Shown here: piece after piece, positions 12,837 through 25,440 of the stretch
Layout: each line of letters opens with the position of its first letter
Position numbering within the stretch: the stretch's first letter is position 1
Assembly (NCBI RefSeq): GCF_001194135.2
Contig: NC_069003.1
Location: 28,849,655 to 28,913,255, forward strand
Direction of reading: 5' to 3'
From: Octopus bimaculoides
Lineage: Eukaryota
Length of the DNA stretch: 63,601 bases
Made by a program: the position numbers and the translations under genes
The notes under the pieces: generated by a model
Database searches by the model: none
What the model saw: only the letters and a program-made list of their open reading frames with translations
What the model was told of the DNA's origin: nothing

Positions 12837-14181
12837 GAACTGGGATAAAGGACCTTGTTAAATCAAGTGGCATGGAACTAGAAAGGAAAGAAGGATACTG
12901 TCAAATATCCATAATCAAGTCAGTGTAGGATAAAGGATTCTACTCGATAACTCGGCGTGCTAGAAATAACAATTACATAACAGAAAGCAAGATTTTACTC
13001 TCTTATAAAAATGATGGAACACACGTTGAATAACGTAGCTATTGTTACATTGTAGAAAAGTAAATTAGGGAATGTCTATGATTGGAGAGATCTGATCATT
13101 CGTGTACTTGACTAGACTAGATATAGAATTAATAATAACAAACAATAACAACTAAAAAAGAAGGGCAACAATAGCAACATCTAAAATCTGCGTTGAAATG
13201 TAAGATGCCTTAAGATATAAACGCTCTATTATGGTTAAATCCAGGAAACCCGCAGATTGTCTGCATCGGCAAGAATTAATCAATAGGAAAATTCATAGAA
13301 AAAGATCGATAAGTTTAATTAACATGTGGAGAGAAAGGGTGGTGAGTAATAGCACAGTAAATTTACTTCATCCGATAATGGTTGTTCTCTTTTCTTCGAT
13401 CTTGAACGAACAAAAGACAAATATATCGGTGTTTCTATTTTTATTACGTCTGAAGATAGCTCAAGTAAATACGGTGATATCTGGATCGGCATTATTTCTT
13501 AGTCATATTAACCACACCCTATTGATATTCATAGTATATCACAATAAAAGATGTATAATTATTAATTTCAAATACATTGGCACGAAATTGAAGAAATAAT
13601 TAGATTTTACAGCTAACAATATTACGAGGTTAAATGAAGCGATTAATTACAGACGTTCATTACCAGATAGTTATTGATGTATTTCTGTATCTTTTTGGGA
13701 TTTCTTTTCAAGAAAAGAAAATCAGCACTTTTCATACTTCGTCTTCTTTTATATTGAACAATAATTTCTGAGGAATGGTTATAATCGATTGTAATACAAC
13801 CGACAGCGTTTCAGAATGAAACAAAGCTTAATCTTTTATCGTATCTATAATCTTGCTTCTCTATGCAAAAAAAAAAAAAAAAAAAAAATGCTATCCACTT
13901 TATGCTATATAAACAAGGGTGTCTGACTAAAGACATAATGTGTGCATGTACGTCTGTGTGACTGTGATAGAAGGGAGTTGGTGAGTTTAGGGAAGTTTGT
14001 ATACGTTCAAGTAGAGAAAAACTGATATTTGTCTTCGAGAAATTGAATGCCAAGAAATATTCTGCCGTCATATCTTGCAAATTTTGCCAAACTTATGTTC
14101 TTGGTTTGGTAAAAGTTCATACCGATTTAACGTCGATGGAAGCATATGATACGCACGCACACAGACACACACACACACACT

Positions 14182-14220
<39 letters not shown>

Positions 14221-15896
14221 GTATATATATATNNNNNNNNNNNNNNNNNNNNNNNNNNNNNNNNNNNNNNNNNNNNNNNNNNNNNNNNNNNNNNNNNNNN
14301 NNNNNNNNNNNNNNNNNNNNNNNNNNNNNNNNNNNNNNNNNNNNNNNNNNNNNNNNNNNNNNNNNNNNNNNNNNNNNNNNNNNNNNNNNNNNNNNNNNNN
14401 NNNNNNNNNNNNNNNNNNNNNNNNNNNNNNNNNNNNNNNNNNNNNNNNNNNNNNNNNNNNNNNNNNNNNNNNNNNNNNNNNNNNNNNNNNNNNNNNNNNN
14501 NNNNNNNNNNNNNNNNNNNNNNNNNNNNNNNNNNNNNNNNNNNNNNNNNNNNNNNNNNNNNNNNNNNNNNNNNNNNNNNNNNNNNNNNNNNNNNNNNNNN
14601 NNNNNNNNNNNNNNNNNNNNNNNNNNNNNNNNNNNNNNNNNNNNNNNNNNNNNNNNNNNNNNNNNNNNNNNNNNNNNNNNNNNNNNNNNNNNNNNNNNNN
14701 NNNNNNNNNNNNNNNNNNNNNNNNNNNNNNNNNNNNNNNNNNNNNNNNNNNNNNNNNNNNNNNNNNNNNNNNNNNNNNNNNNNNNNNNNNNNNNNNNNNN
14801 NNNNNNNNNNNNNNNNNNNNNNNNNNNNNNNNNNNNNNNNNNNNNNNNNNNNNNNNNNNNNNNNNNNNNNNNNNNNNNNNNNNNNNNNNNNNNNNNNNNN
14901 NNNNNNNNNNNNNNNNNNNNNNNNNNNNNNTCAAGAACTCATCGATGAAAATCCACTATGATTTTAAGTGAGTTTTTACCTGTAGTTTTGGATTTTGTCC
15001 CTAATATTATATATATATATATATATATTATTTATATATATATATATATATACATATGAGCGAATAATTTGATAATGGAACGGACGTTTCCGCACAAACA
15101 GAACAGAGGAAAGAAAAATATCCTACCCGACTGAAGGTCTCACGCAGAGAAGCAAACATCAGTACTGGTGTACAGTATAACGCTAACACTCGATTTATGC
15201 TGTGCCGTCACATGTCTAAGTGAGAGACAGACGCAGGCTTATATCTCTTCCAATCCGATATCAAAAACCAAAACAGCAGAAGAAATCTCTACCTCTCTGG
15301 GCGATATTATTTTAATCATAGGGCACCCGGATATGTTCTAGTAGTTGTGGTGTCCACATATATTTTGTCTGTTTCCCAATCCCTCCACATTATTTCACTC
15401 CTTTCATGACTTTAATTCGTGTATAATCATTCATCTATTTCCTTTGAAGGTCCTCCGTCTGGAAGTAATTAATTAATTCTTTCTACCTTATGTTCACTGA
15501 ATGCACACCTTTGTGTTGGACTGTCACTTAATATTCTTTCCAAACATAAAAAAAAAGAGAGAAACGTCATTTTCGTCATGCCTCTTGTGGACTCGTTGCA
15601 AAATTATTTTCGTATTCTACCTATATTCTCTTATATGTGATTTTCGTCTTGTCTCTTCATGATACCTTAAGCACACTGCATCACGATTCGTTGTACTTAT
15701 ATTGCGTTATTGCTATACTGTCGATAAATTTTATGTAACTGAATCACGCATTCCTGTGATTAATGTACTGAAACTGCGAAAGTTCAGTCAAATGGAGGAG
15801 AGGAGAGGTTATTTTTATAATATATATGTATGTATGTGTGTGTGTGTGTCTGCGTGTATGTTTATCTGTATGTATGTATGTATGTATGTATGTATA

Positions 15897-16135
15897 CAAT
15901 CAGCATATACGTATATCGCAAGCCGACCTTCACTGGACGATATCTCAACTTCAATTCCTACCATCCATACATTATAAAGAGAAGGATTGTTCAGTGCCTC
16001 AAACATCGAGCAGAGAATATAAGTAGCGGTCGTAATACACACCACGAAGAAATGATGAAGCTCAGTAACAATCTATTAAGCAACAACTACCCCCCAAAAA
16101 TACTATCCACCACTGGAAAATACGAAAACTAAAAG
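15897..16135 (+). pseudogene. Penelope-like element RT C-terminal (thumb) fragment
   Basis: Frame reads VYRKPTFTGRYLNFNSYHPYIIKRRIVQCLKHRAENISSGRNTHHEEMMKLSNNLLSNNYP, the VYRKPT...YL.F.S.HP...NGYP pattern of Penelope RTs. Confidence 0.85.
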
Positions 16136-16256
16136 AAGCAGCACACATGCCAGGATACAACAACCTCCAAACAGACTAAGTGCAGATATGAGTAGCATAT
16201 GGGACGGATAGCATAATATTAGATCTATAAGCTCTAAAATTCACTCCATAATTACG

Positions 16257-16304
16257 CACGGGCATATGGCGTAGTGGTTAATAGCATGGGCTACTAACCC
16301 CGAG

Positions 16305-16365
<61 letters not shown>

Positions 16366-16372
16366 TGATAAT
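16257..16372 (+). mobile_element. tRNA-like SINE head truncated by (AAT)n
   Basis: A-box TGGCGTAGTGG and anticodon-arm-like GGG-CTACTAA-CCC; no B-box, runs directly into (AAT)n at 16305-16372. Confidence 0.55.
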
Positions 16373-17064
16373 AAACCCCTCTGCAATACAGATCGAGGAA
16401 ATCTGGATTGCCTAAGAGTAACAACCATTTCAAGAAAAACAAAACAGTACGAGCAAACATCACAGCTAATTACTAAAAGCCGTCTTCCATTTTTAACGGG
16501 CGTTGTCCGTTCCTAAAAGGCGTCGTTAATTTGGTGGGTGACTGCCATTAAATCTAATGTGAGTACATTATAAGATATCCTGACATAGCAATTAGCGGAA
16601 ACGTAGTTAACATCTGCAGTTCAATAATCTCCGACAATTACGCAGGAACATTTCCTATGCATCCACGCTGCATGAAGGATATACAATTATGTCGAGGTTC
16701 ACCTACATAATGCAAGGAATTAAATGTAATTTTAATGAATAAAAGAAAAAACATTGGATAAGTACTATTAAGATAATATAGATGATTGAGGCTTAAGTAT
16801 AACAATTATGTTAGTGGTTCTTTAACTATAAAGATCAAAGAAATTATTTCATGTTATCTTCATGTTCTTTTGTGGTCAATTTGAACATAAGTATTAATAC
16901 AATTAAATCACATTTTAGATGAAAAGAAATAATAAGGTAATGAAAATCGGAGACCTTTAATCTCCATGTCTCAATATATCATCATCATCATCATCATCAT
17001 TTTCTTCTTCTTCTTCTTCTTCTTGTGGTTGTTGTTGTTGTTCTTGTTTTTGTTGTTATTATTG

Positions 17065-17297
17065 AGGCGGCGGGTTGTCAGAATCGTTAGTACGCCGAAA
17101 GTAAGGCTTAGTGTTTATTTCGACCGTCTTCATGCTCTGAGTTTAAATTCCACCGAGATCGACTTTGCCTTTCAACCCCCCTCGTTGTCGATAAAATAAG
17201 GATGAACGGCAAAGTTGACATCGGCGGAGTTTGAACTCAGAACGTAAAGACGGACGAAATGACCAGCGTGCCAAAGGTTCTGCCTGCTCACCGCCTT
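17065..17297. mobile_element. Inverted (tail-to-tail) pair of SINE family A fragments
   Basis: Plus-strand head and core at 17065-17200 join directly to a minus-strand core and head at 17201-17297. Confidence 0.85.
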
Positions 17298-17369
17298 ATG
17301 CTAATTTAAGAACATCAAATGTCTAAATGTATATCACGAAGATTGATTCAGCTTTTCTTCTTGCAATAC

Positions 17370-17726
17370 CATGAGCGAATTTCTTGCTGTATGTTTGTGT
17401 TAAATTAATCAATTATATTCTAAAGAAATCCGAATCCTTACAAGTATCTCCAGTGTACGCACAAGCAAACCATTCAATTGTAGAAAGCTCTTACATTCTA
17501 CCACGTCAGGAGCATACAAAGCCAATGTAAATGTATTTTGGCTTGAACTGAAAGCCCTATCTCCAAAGCTGATTAACGAAACGTTGCTTTTGACTTATAT
17601 CGTTCATCAATTCGTGTGCTATATCTCGTGATGTGATTGTGATACAATATATTAGCAAAGGTTTTGTATTTATACTTCTCATTGTAAGAATACTGTCAAG
17701 TACACACGGGCGCACACACACACATG

Positions 17727-17775
<49 letters not shown>

Positions 17776-18757
17776 NNNNNNNNNNNNNNNNNNNNNNNNN
17801 NNNNNNNNNNNNNNNNNNNNNNNNNNNNNNNNNNNNNNNNNNNNNNNNNNNNNNNNNNNNNNNNNNNNNNNNNNNNNNNNNNNNNATATATATAAAACAA
17901 AATAAACAACACGGATTTTAGAGATGATTGCATTACGCACGTTTCATGCTACTCCATTTATTTATGTAATGCGAGCATTACATTAAATGCAATATGTAGA
18001 GCAATCTTCAGTTGCACAGAAATGTAGAAAATTACAGTAGAATAGACATGTTATAATTGTGGCAACATTTAAAATCCAAGTGGGATTTTTTGATCACCTT
18101 GCTTTTAGAATGGTTTTTGGATAATACCATGCTATATTCTGGTGCCTAAACATAAGTACCATATTCAATTTTGAATCTAGATCTAAATATATATTTATAT
18201 ACAGTCACATATATAGAAATATGTCTGTGCGTATGTGAATACTATACAAATGTGTGTCTATATGTGTAGGCATATACACAAGTTATGTGCGTGTGGCTTA
18301 CCACCGTAGAAATGTCAATACTCTATTATCGTTTAGGTTTTGAAGACAGGTGGGAAGCTGGTAGAATCTCTACCATGTTAGACGAAATAAGGAGTGATAT
18401 TTCTTGCAGTACTTTTTGGTCTCAGTTAAAATATGAAATGTCTCAATGTAATACTTGTATATCACAACGATAGAGTCGACCCGTACTTTTCACTAGGAGA
18501 CATGAACGAATTTGTTGCCAAATGTTTGTGTTAAATTAATCAACTTTATTCCAGCGTAAAGAAAACTGAACCCTTAGGAGTGTCTCAAGTGTACGCAGAA
18601 GCAAAGCAACCAGTTGTAGAAAGCTCATACATTCGAAAACGCCGGGAGCATACAAACTGAAGGGAAATGCATTTTCACTTGAACTGAAAGCTCTATCGAT
18701 AAAGCTCATTAACGCAACGTTCTTTATATATCGCTTATCAGCACTATATCTTGTATG
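17370..18757. repeat. ~260-bp imperfect direct repeat (17370-17633 and 18501-18757)
   Basis: Colinear blocks TGTTTGTGTTAAATTAATCAA, GTGTACGCA.AAGCAAA, TTGTAGAAAGCTC, GGAGCATACAAA, CTTGAACTGAAAGC and GCT.ATTAACG.AACGTT in both copies; offset 1131 bp. Confidence 0.9.
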
Positions 18758-19474
18758 TATATATATATATATATATATACGCGCGTAGAGAAGCATAGAT
18801 ACGTGCATGAGTGTGTATGTGAGTGTACATGTGTAAGCATGTGTGTGTGTGTGTGTTTCCTTGTGTGTATATGTGTTTGTCTTTGTTCAGCCATACGCTT
18901 GACTTGGTTAGTGTAAGCCCTCGTAATTCATTTGTTCGGCACAAATGATTGATGGTGTGAGTAGCAAAATTGAAAATCGACTGTACTGAATCCTTCAAAG
19001 CGATGCCTCGTCATGGCCGCAGACGAAAAACTGAATCACTTATAAGATTATAACCTAAAAGCTAGATATGTCGACAGTATATAATATTATAAGTATCTAA
19101 AAGTACACCATATTATACTTTAATATATGAAACATAACCGTTGAAATCTAGGAGATTAAGAATGTTATTTATAGGTTAATAGAAATATAAATGGCGCGAA
19201 GCATAAGATAAACATTATAACATGAAGTAGCTGTGTTACACTTTTGTCTAGACATTCCATCAGGATGGAGATCGTGCATGCATATGTATGCGTAAGAAAT
19301 ATATACATACGTACATGCATATGTATATACATACGTGCATACATACGTAAGTACATACATACATACATACGTACAGAAGTACATATATGCATACACGAAT
19401 CTCTAAATATATGTGCACTTATATATACATATATATGCATGTATATGTATGCACCTATATGCATCAATGCATCA

Positions 19475-19545
<71 letters not shown>

Positions 19546-20774
19546 NNNNNNNNNNNNNNNNNNNNNNNNNNNNNNNNNNNNNNNNNNNNNNNNNNNNNNN
19601 NNNNNNNNNNNNNNNNNNNNNNNNNNNNNNNNNNNNNNNNNNNNNNNNNNNNNNNNNNNNNNNNNNNNNNNNNNNNNNNNNNNNNNNNNNNNNNNNNNNN
19701 NNNNNNNNNNNNNNNNNNNNNNNNNNNNNNNNNNNNNNNNNNNNNNNNNNNNNNNNNNNNNNNNNNNNNNNNNNNNNNNNNNNNNNNNNNNNNNNNNNNN
19801 NNNNNNNNNNNNNNNNNNNNNNNNNNNNNNNNNNNNNNNNNNNNNNNNNNNNNNNNNNNNNNNNNNNNNNNNNNNNNNNNNNNNNNNNNNNNNNNNNNNN
19901 NNNNNNNNNNNNNNNNNNNNNNNNNNNNNNNNNNNNNNNNNNNNNNNNNNNNNNNNNNNNNNNNNNNNNNNNNNNNNNNNNNNNNNNNNNNNATATATAT
20001 ATATATATATATACATACATATATGTATATATATATTTATACAAATGTATGTATGCATAGGGAAAAAGAAAAAAAGAGAACGGCTATGTCATGTGGTGTT
20101 GAACGAAAATAGATTGGAATTATGGAATTAAATGTTAATAAAAATCGAACAGTCAATCAAACAACGTACTTCAAACATAACACTGACAGCAATAAATATA
20201 TAAGATTTAGTGATAGAAAATATTATGTGAGAATCTGTTCATATTATAAAAAAAAAAATTGGAACTTGTTTCATAGTCATTTTATATGTATTTGAAACCA
20301 ATAATTTATAGATCTGTATAATATATTCGAGAGGTATTGACGATAGGCAAGACCTGCGTGCTAGCTGCTTCAGTGAGCAAAATGTAGGTGATATGTTATC
20401 GACTTTTCCGGAAATCGGATACTTGAGTATGGGTAATTAAAATAGTAAATATTTAGATATACAGCTGAATATTCATGAGCATAATATAAGAACATCAACC
20501 AAGAAACGAATGCAGTAAGTGAAACAAATTTTGATATATCGGTAATTTTGTACACAACCTACCCATACACACACATAAACACACAGATACACATATATGT
20601 GTATATGTGTGTATGCCTGTGTATAAACAATAAATTGATAGATCAATATTTGATATATACACTCACGCATATATGTATGAATGTATGTATGTATGCACAT
20701 ATGTATGAATGAATGTACGTACGTATATACATGTAAAATTAATAGATCAATAGATCAATATTCTCTCTCTCTCC

Positions 20775-20855
<81 letters not shown>

Positions 20856-20894
20856 GTACGGTAAATTAATATATCCGTATTCTCTCACTGTTTT

Positions 20895-21125
20895 TCTGCT
20901 CACAATCGTAAGCTTTTGAGTTCGATAACTAGCGGTGTGTGTATCCTTGAACAAGTTACCTTATTTAACGCTACGCCAGTCCACCCATCTGGCAATAAAC
21001 GGATAATACCTGTATTTTAAAGAACCACACTTGCCACATTCCGTGTCACACCGTTTTCCCCCTGGAAGCTATCTTAAGTGTTCTTATGCGTGTCTGTGGA
21101 TTGCTCGGTCACTTTTACTTTCATT
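20895..21125 (+). mobile_element. SINE family F (tRNA head, CORE-like box, F tail)
   Basis: GAGTTCGATAAC B-box, TATCCTTGAACAAG, CCAGTCCACCCATCTGGCAATAAA, and tail GCGTGTCTGTGGATTGCTCGGTCAC. Confidence 0.65.
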
Positions 21126-21137
21126 TGACCTGCAGAC

Positions 21138-21630
21138 GTACCAGTTACGCACTGGGTCGATGTAATCGACTTAATTTGTTTGTCTGTCCTTGTTTGTCCC
21201 CTCTATGTTTAGCCCGTTGAGGGCCATAAAGAAATAAGAAACGTTGTAACACCGGCCGAAACGCTTAGCGGTATTTCGTCCGTCTACACGTTCTGAGTTC
21301 AAATACCGCCGAGGTTGACTTTGCCTTTCATCCTTTCGGTGTCGATAAATTAAGTACCAGATGTGTACTGGGTCGATCTAATCGACTGGTTCCTCCCCAA
21401 AATTTCTGGCCTTGTGCCTAGAATAGAAAAGAATTGTTACACCGGAAAAAATGCTTAGCGGCCTTTCTTCCGTCTTTATCTTCTGATTTCAAAATCTGCT
21501 GATGTTGACCTTGCTTTTCATTCATTCAGGATCGATAATATACGTACCAATTGAGTACTAGGGTCCATTATAATCGATTTATCACCCTCCCCCAAATTTG
21601 AGGTCTTGTGCCTATAGAAAAAAAGTATTA
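21138..21630 (+). mobile_element. Three tandem SINE family A-related units (21138-21240 alternative tail; 21244-21433; 21434-21630)
   Basis: Family A core and tails. The last two units both start at TTGT(A/T)ACACCGG. The first has the TTTGTCTGTCCTTGTTTGTCCCCTCTATGTTTAGCCC tail also seen reversed at 26241-26300. Confidence 0.85.
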
Positions 21631-22054
21631 ATATTGTTTTATTTCTCTGTAATTTTATATTGCTGTCAGATAAATTGAAGGTAAACAATTGTATTAACTG
21701 ATTATGGTGTGAAATCTGTCTATTTCAATATAAACGGGAAAAGTTGGAGAAATTGAAATATTAGAATGTGTTACAGCCAGGAAAAGTATGTGAATTAGTA
21801 TTGTACATAAATAACATATTGCACCGTAATAAACATTTTGTCTCGCCAATGTTGTCAGATTAAATCTATAAAATAAAACTACTAAGCATTTTCGATAACG
21901 AACACGAGAGAAAAAGAAAGGAAGATTGTGAAGAAATCAGTACAAACTATATAGGAAAACACTAAATTATAAGAGAAGCATCGATAGGCGCGTTTGTAAT
22001 AAAACTTTCATATATCTGTTACAACTTTCGTTTTATTATTCCAGACGAAAATAG

Positions 22055-22366
22055 GTATGGCTGTCTGATTAATTATTTTCACTTTACTATTAGGTAGTTC
22101 GGGTTTCGATCTATTATGCGGCAATTTATGCATATAACTTCAACATAAACTACAACTTCCTTCCAAGCGTTGTGAGTGAAATAGCAAAAAAGATAAACAA
22201 AGCCTATTACGTTAATTAGCGGTTCGACAAAATGCAAACGAAAGAATAAGTACCAGGCTTTAAAAAAGTTAGGTACTAGGGCCGATACATTCGACTAAAA
22301 GTTCTTCAAAGTGGTGCCCCAGCATGGGCGCAGTCAAATAACTGAAACAATTAAAAGATAAAAGAT
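22055..22366 (+). mobile_element. Degenerate family C module directly followed by family B module
   Basis: GGTATGGCTGT...TTCGGGTTTCGATC...AAGCGTTGTGAGTGAAAT...AAAGCC, then TTAGCGGTTCGACAAA...AGAATAAGTACCAGGCTT...CAGCATGGGCGCAGTCAAATAACTGAAACAA. Confidence 0.6.
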
Positions 22367-22611
22367 TACACTTCATCAAAACTTAATCCATATACTAAAC
22401 CTAACAGTGAAATAAGCTTATCATCGTTACAGCTAATGAAATTAAATTTAAATGAATTGGAAATTGATAATTAATGTACCTGTATCCATAGCATAGAAGA
22501 AAATAGTGTTCATAACGTTGATTGTATTATAGGGGTTTTCATTTCAAAACTAATCATGCACGATATACGTATTGCGGAGAGACAAACGGTAGCAGAGAAT
22601 AAATATTTGTT

Positions 22612-22983
22612 TCAAATTTTAGCACATCGTCAGTAATTTCAGGGAAGGGCGCAAGTCGATTACATCGACCCCAGTGCTCGACTGCTACTTATTTTATTGG
22701 CTCCGAGATGATGAAAGGCAAAGTTGACCTCGGCAGAATTCGAAGTAACAACATGTAAGTTGATGAAAATCTTTTCCATTATTGGCACAAGGCCTGAATT
22801 TTTTTTGTGGGGAAGCCAGTCGATTTTATCGATCCCAGTACACAGCCACTACTTAATTTATCGACGAAGAAAGGATGAAAGGCAAAGTCGATCTCGGCGG
22901 AATTTGAACTAACATGTAAGTTGACGAAATTCCGGTAATTATTTTACTCGACATAACAAAAAATTCTGCCAGTTCACCGCCTT
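22612..22983 (-). mobile_element. Two tandem SINE family A copies sharing a private variant
   Basis: Reverse-strand cores in both; both carry AACATGTAAGTTGA(T/C)GAAA (22750, 22911). Confidence 0.85.
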
Positions 22984-23172
22984 GAATAAATATTAAAGGG
23001 ATATTTCATTTCAGTAGATTTTTCTTTATAAACAGAATGCTGTTTACTAACAGAATAAGGGAAAATCGGTTTGTGGAGTGAAAACACATATGGTTCTGAA
23101 AATGAATTGTAATTATTTCAAAACTTTTACAGTCTATTAGAAAGATATACCGGGCTAGTGTATTTTAATCAA

Positions 23173-23238
<66 letters not shown>

Positions 23239-23846
23239 CTTCTTTCTCACTCTCTTTGTATANNNNNNNNNNNNNNNNNNNNNNNNNNNNNNNNNNNTAT
23301 ATATATATATACATATATATATATATTATCTAGCAATGAAAACTTTGGGCGCATTGAGAAAAACTCACTCAACGATCTCTGCATAATAAAAACTGAATTT
23401 GGGTAACTAAATGAACTCAGTGAAGCTAATGTTCGTTTTCAAATGTTCCTTTTTATTAGGTTAACGTGAAGCACGTAAATAATACATCTAGTTAGAATTC
23501 GAGATAATAATATACGTAAGATAGAAAGAGCGAAGTGTACTGCAGAAAGGAGATCAGAGGTGAAAACATAGCTCACGCTACGAGAGAATGAGATGAGAAT
23601 ATATTGGCAGCGTTTAGTTGGCAATATATTCTAACTTTTAATAGCCAGTGCCATAACAATAAAACACCCGATAATACTGTTAGGTCCTATACTAGCGATT
23701 GAAGCACATTTCAAAGAGCTACATTGCATGACAATAACTATTTGTCTACTCATCTCATAGAAATTATTTATTCTATGATATATATATATATAAATATATA
23801 TACATACATGCCTGCATGTTTGTGAGTGTGTATATTTCTGTGTACA

Positions 23847-23888
<42 letters not shown>

Positions 23889-24179
23889 TGTGTGTGTGTG
23901 CGGTGCATTCCAGAAGTTTTACGACTTTTTCAAGACACAAATTTATTATTAAATTCGAAGTGCAATCGTCTGACGTCAATTCACTTTCTGTAATGTCCCT
24001 CCACAAAGAAGCTGTCGAGAACCATTGTCATACCCTTCTTCGTTTTCTCGTTGAACCTTGTGAAGAACAAAATGTCTCGGAGTACATGGTATGGACTGTA
24101 GGGTGGGTGAGGGACAACTATGAGCTGGATTTCTGACAATGGTGACAACAAACTGCAGATGAATGTCAGTAAGCGGTTC

Positions 24180-24600
24180 ATCACGATTTTTCGTGAAGGT
24201 TAATATGGTTAACCAAATGAGAATAAAGCTGACGGAGACGGTAGCAGCAGATCTTGTTGGGTATGAAAGCCCCTTTCCAATACCACAAAGGAGGAAGACG
24301 GTTATCTGAATAATGTGTGAGAAATTTAAGACAATACAGTTTCTTGAATTAACTGTTTCATATAAACGCAGTTTAGATGCAGCCCATGTGAAGAAAAATG
24401 TGCTTTATGAGATTCCACTGGAAGGCTATATAAATACTGGTTGGAGAGCAGTACATTTTCCTGTAGAAGGTGGATGTAGGGGTTTTTATCTGAGCCAGAC
24501 TGAAACGTTGGCTGCTATCAGTTGGTGTCCAATATTGGCTAGCAAAGGCCATCTTGAAGGAGATTCAGATGAATGTTCAGAACCATGTGCCTGATACCTA
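24180..24600 (+). pseudogene. HERO-like (R2 superfamily) restriction-like endonuclease domain relic
   Basis: VAADLVGYESPFPIPQRRKTVI*IMCEKFKTIQFLELTVSYKRSLDAAHVKKNVLYEIPLEGYINTGWRAVHFPVEGGCRGF follows the ELTVP(W/H)E...A.ERK..KY..L...GW....FPVEVGCRGF pattern of HERO-type RLE domains. Confidence 0.8.
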
Positions 24601-25394
24601 GATGTGATAAATCAACGAATTTTTACATGCCCATTTAGCATGCTAGAAATAGAAACCATCTCCCCGTTTCTACATCTATGATCATAAACAAGGGAATATA
24701 AATGTTTCTATATTATACACAGCTGGTTTAGTCCTAAAATGCCTCTCAGAGAAAGTAGTATTAAATTACGTAGTTCTAAAAATACTATTTCTGGAATAAG
24801 AAAAAAAATCACATTAGATGGGATCTATTGGAAAAAACTTAAATCACAGACGTGTTTGGCCAAAGCTAATAAGGGATTAAACAACAGCGTGAACGTTCTC
24901 ATAACTAATAAGTCTTATTTTATTAGTTATTATTAATTTCCCTCCACTTCTATTTTGAAAGCTTCGAAAAGGATTACAAACACCTATCTTCTGTTTGATG
25001 CTTTATATATCAGTCGATAATAAGAAAACAATTAGGCTGATATGAAGATGTGATATATGGTTTTCGAGGAGAAAAAACGGTATAGATTTGAAAACCTATG
25101 AACAGAGGTAATTCAGCCGTAAGTATTACGATTTTCACTGAGATGTTTCCTCTTTCTTATCATGTTCATAAGATGCTATTACGGTAAAAATCTCGAATTT
25201 CATTGGTTATTCATTAATGAACTCCAAGTTAATGACAGGCAAAATTGGCTTTGATGGGTTAGAAATTGGAGCGCAGCCAATTGGAGTATACACTTGAAAA
25301 CACGATACCTGATGCTCTGCTGATTTTGACAAATCGCTACATTAAAATGTCAATAACATACAATGATGCCAATGATTCATGAAAAGGGGATATA

Positions 25395-25440
<46 letters not shown>

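Noticed and set aside
15560-15660. Possible GIY-YIG remnant on the minus strand (NIGR.RK...TRVH)
   Set aside because: It needs several frameshifts in under 60 nt.
21138-22983. Regularly spaced ~160-190 bp repeats suggesting an array
   Set aside because: These are tandem SINE copies, not CRISPR-like or satellite arrays.
23900-23940. CGGTGCATTCCAGAAGTTTT, resembling a mariner TIR start
   Set aside because: No matching inverted partner found nearby.
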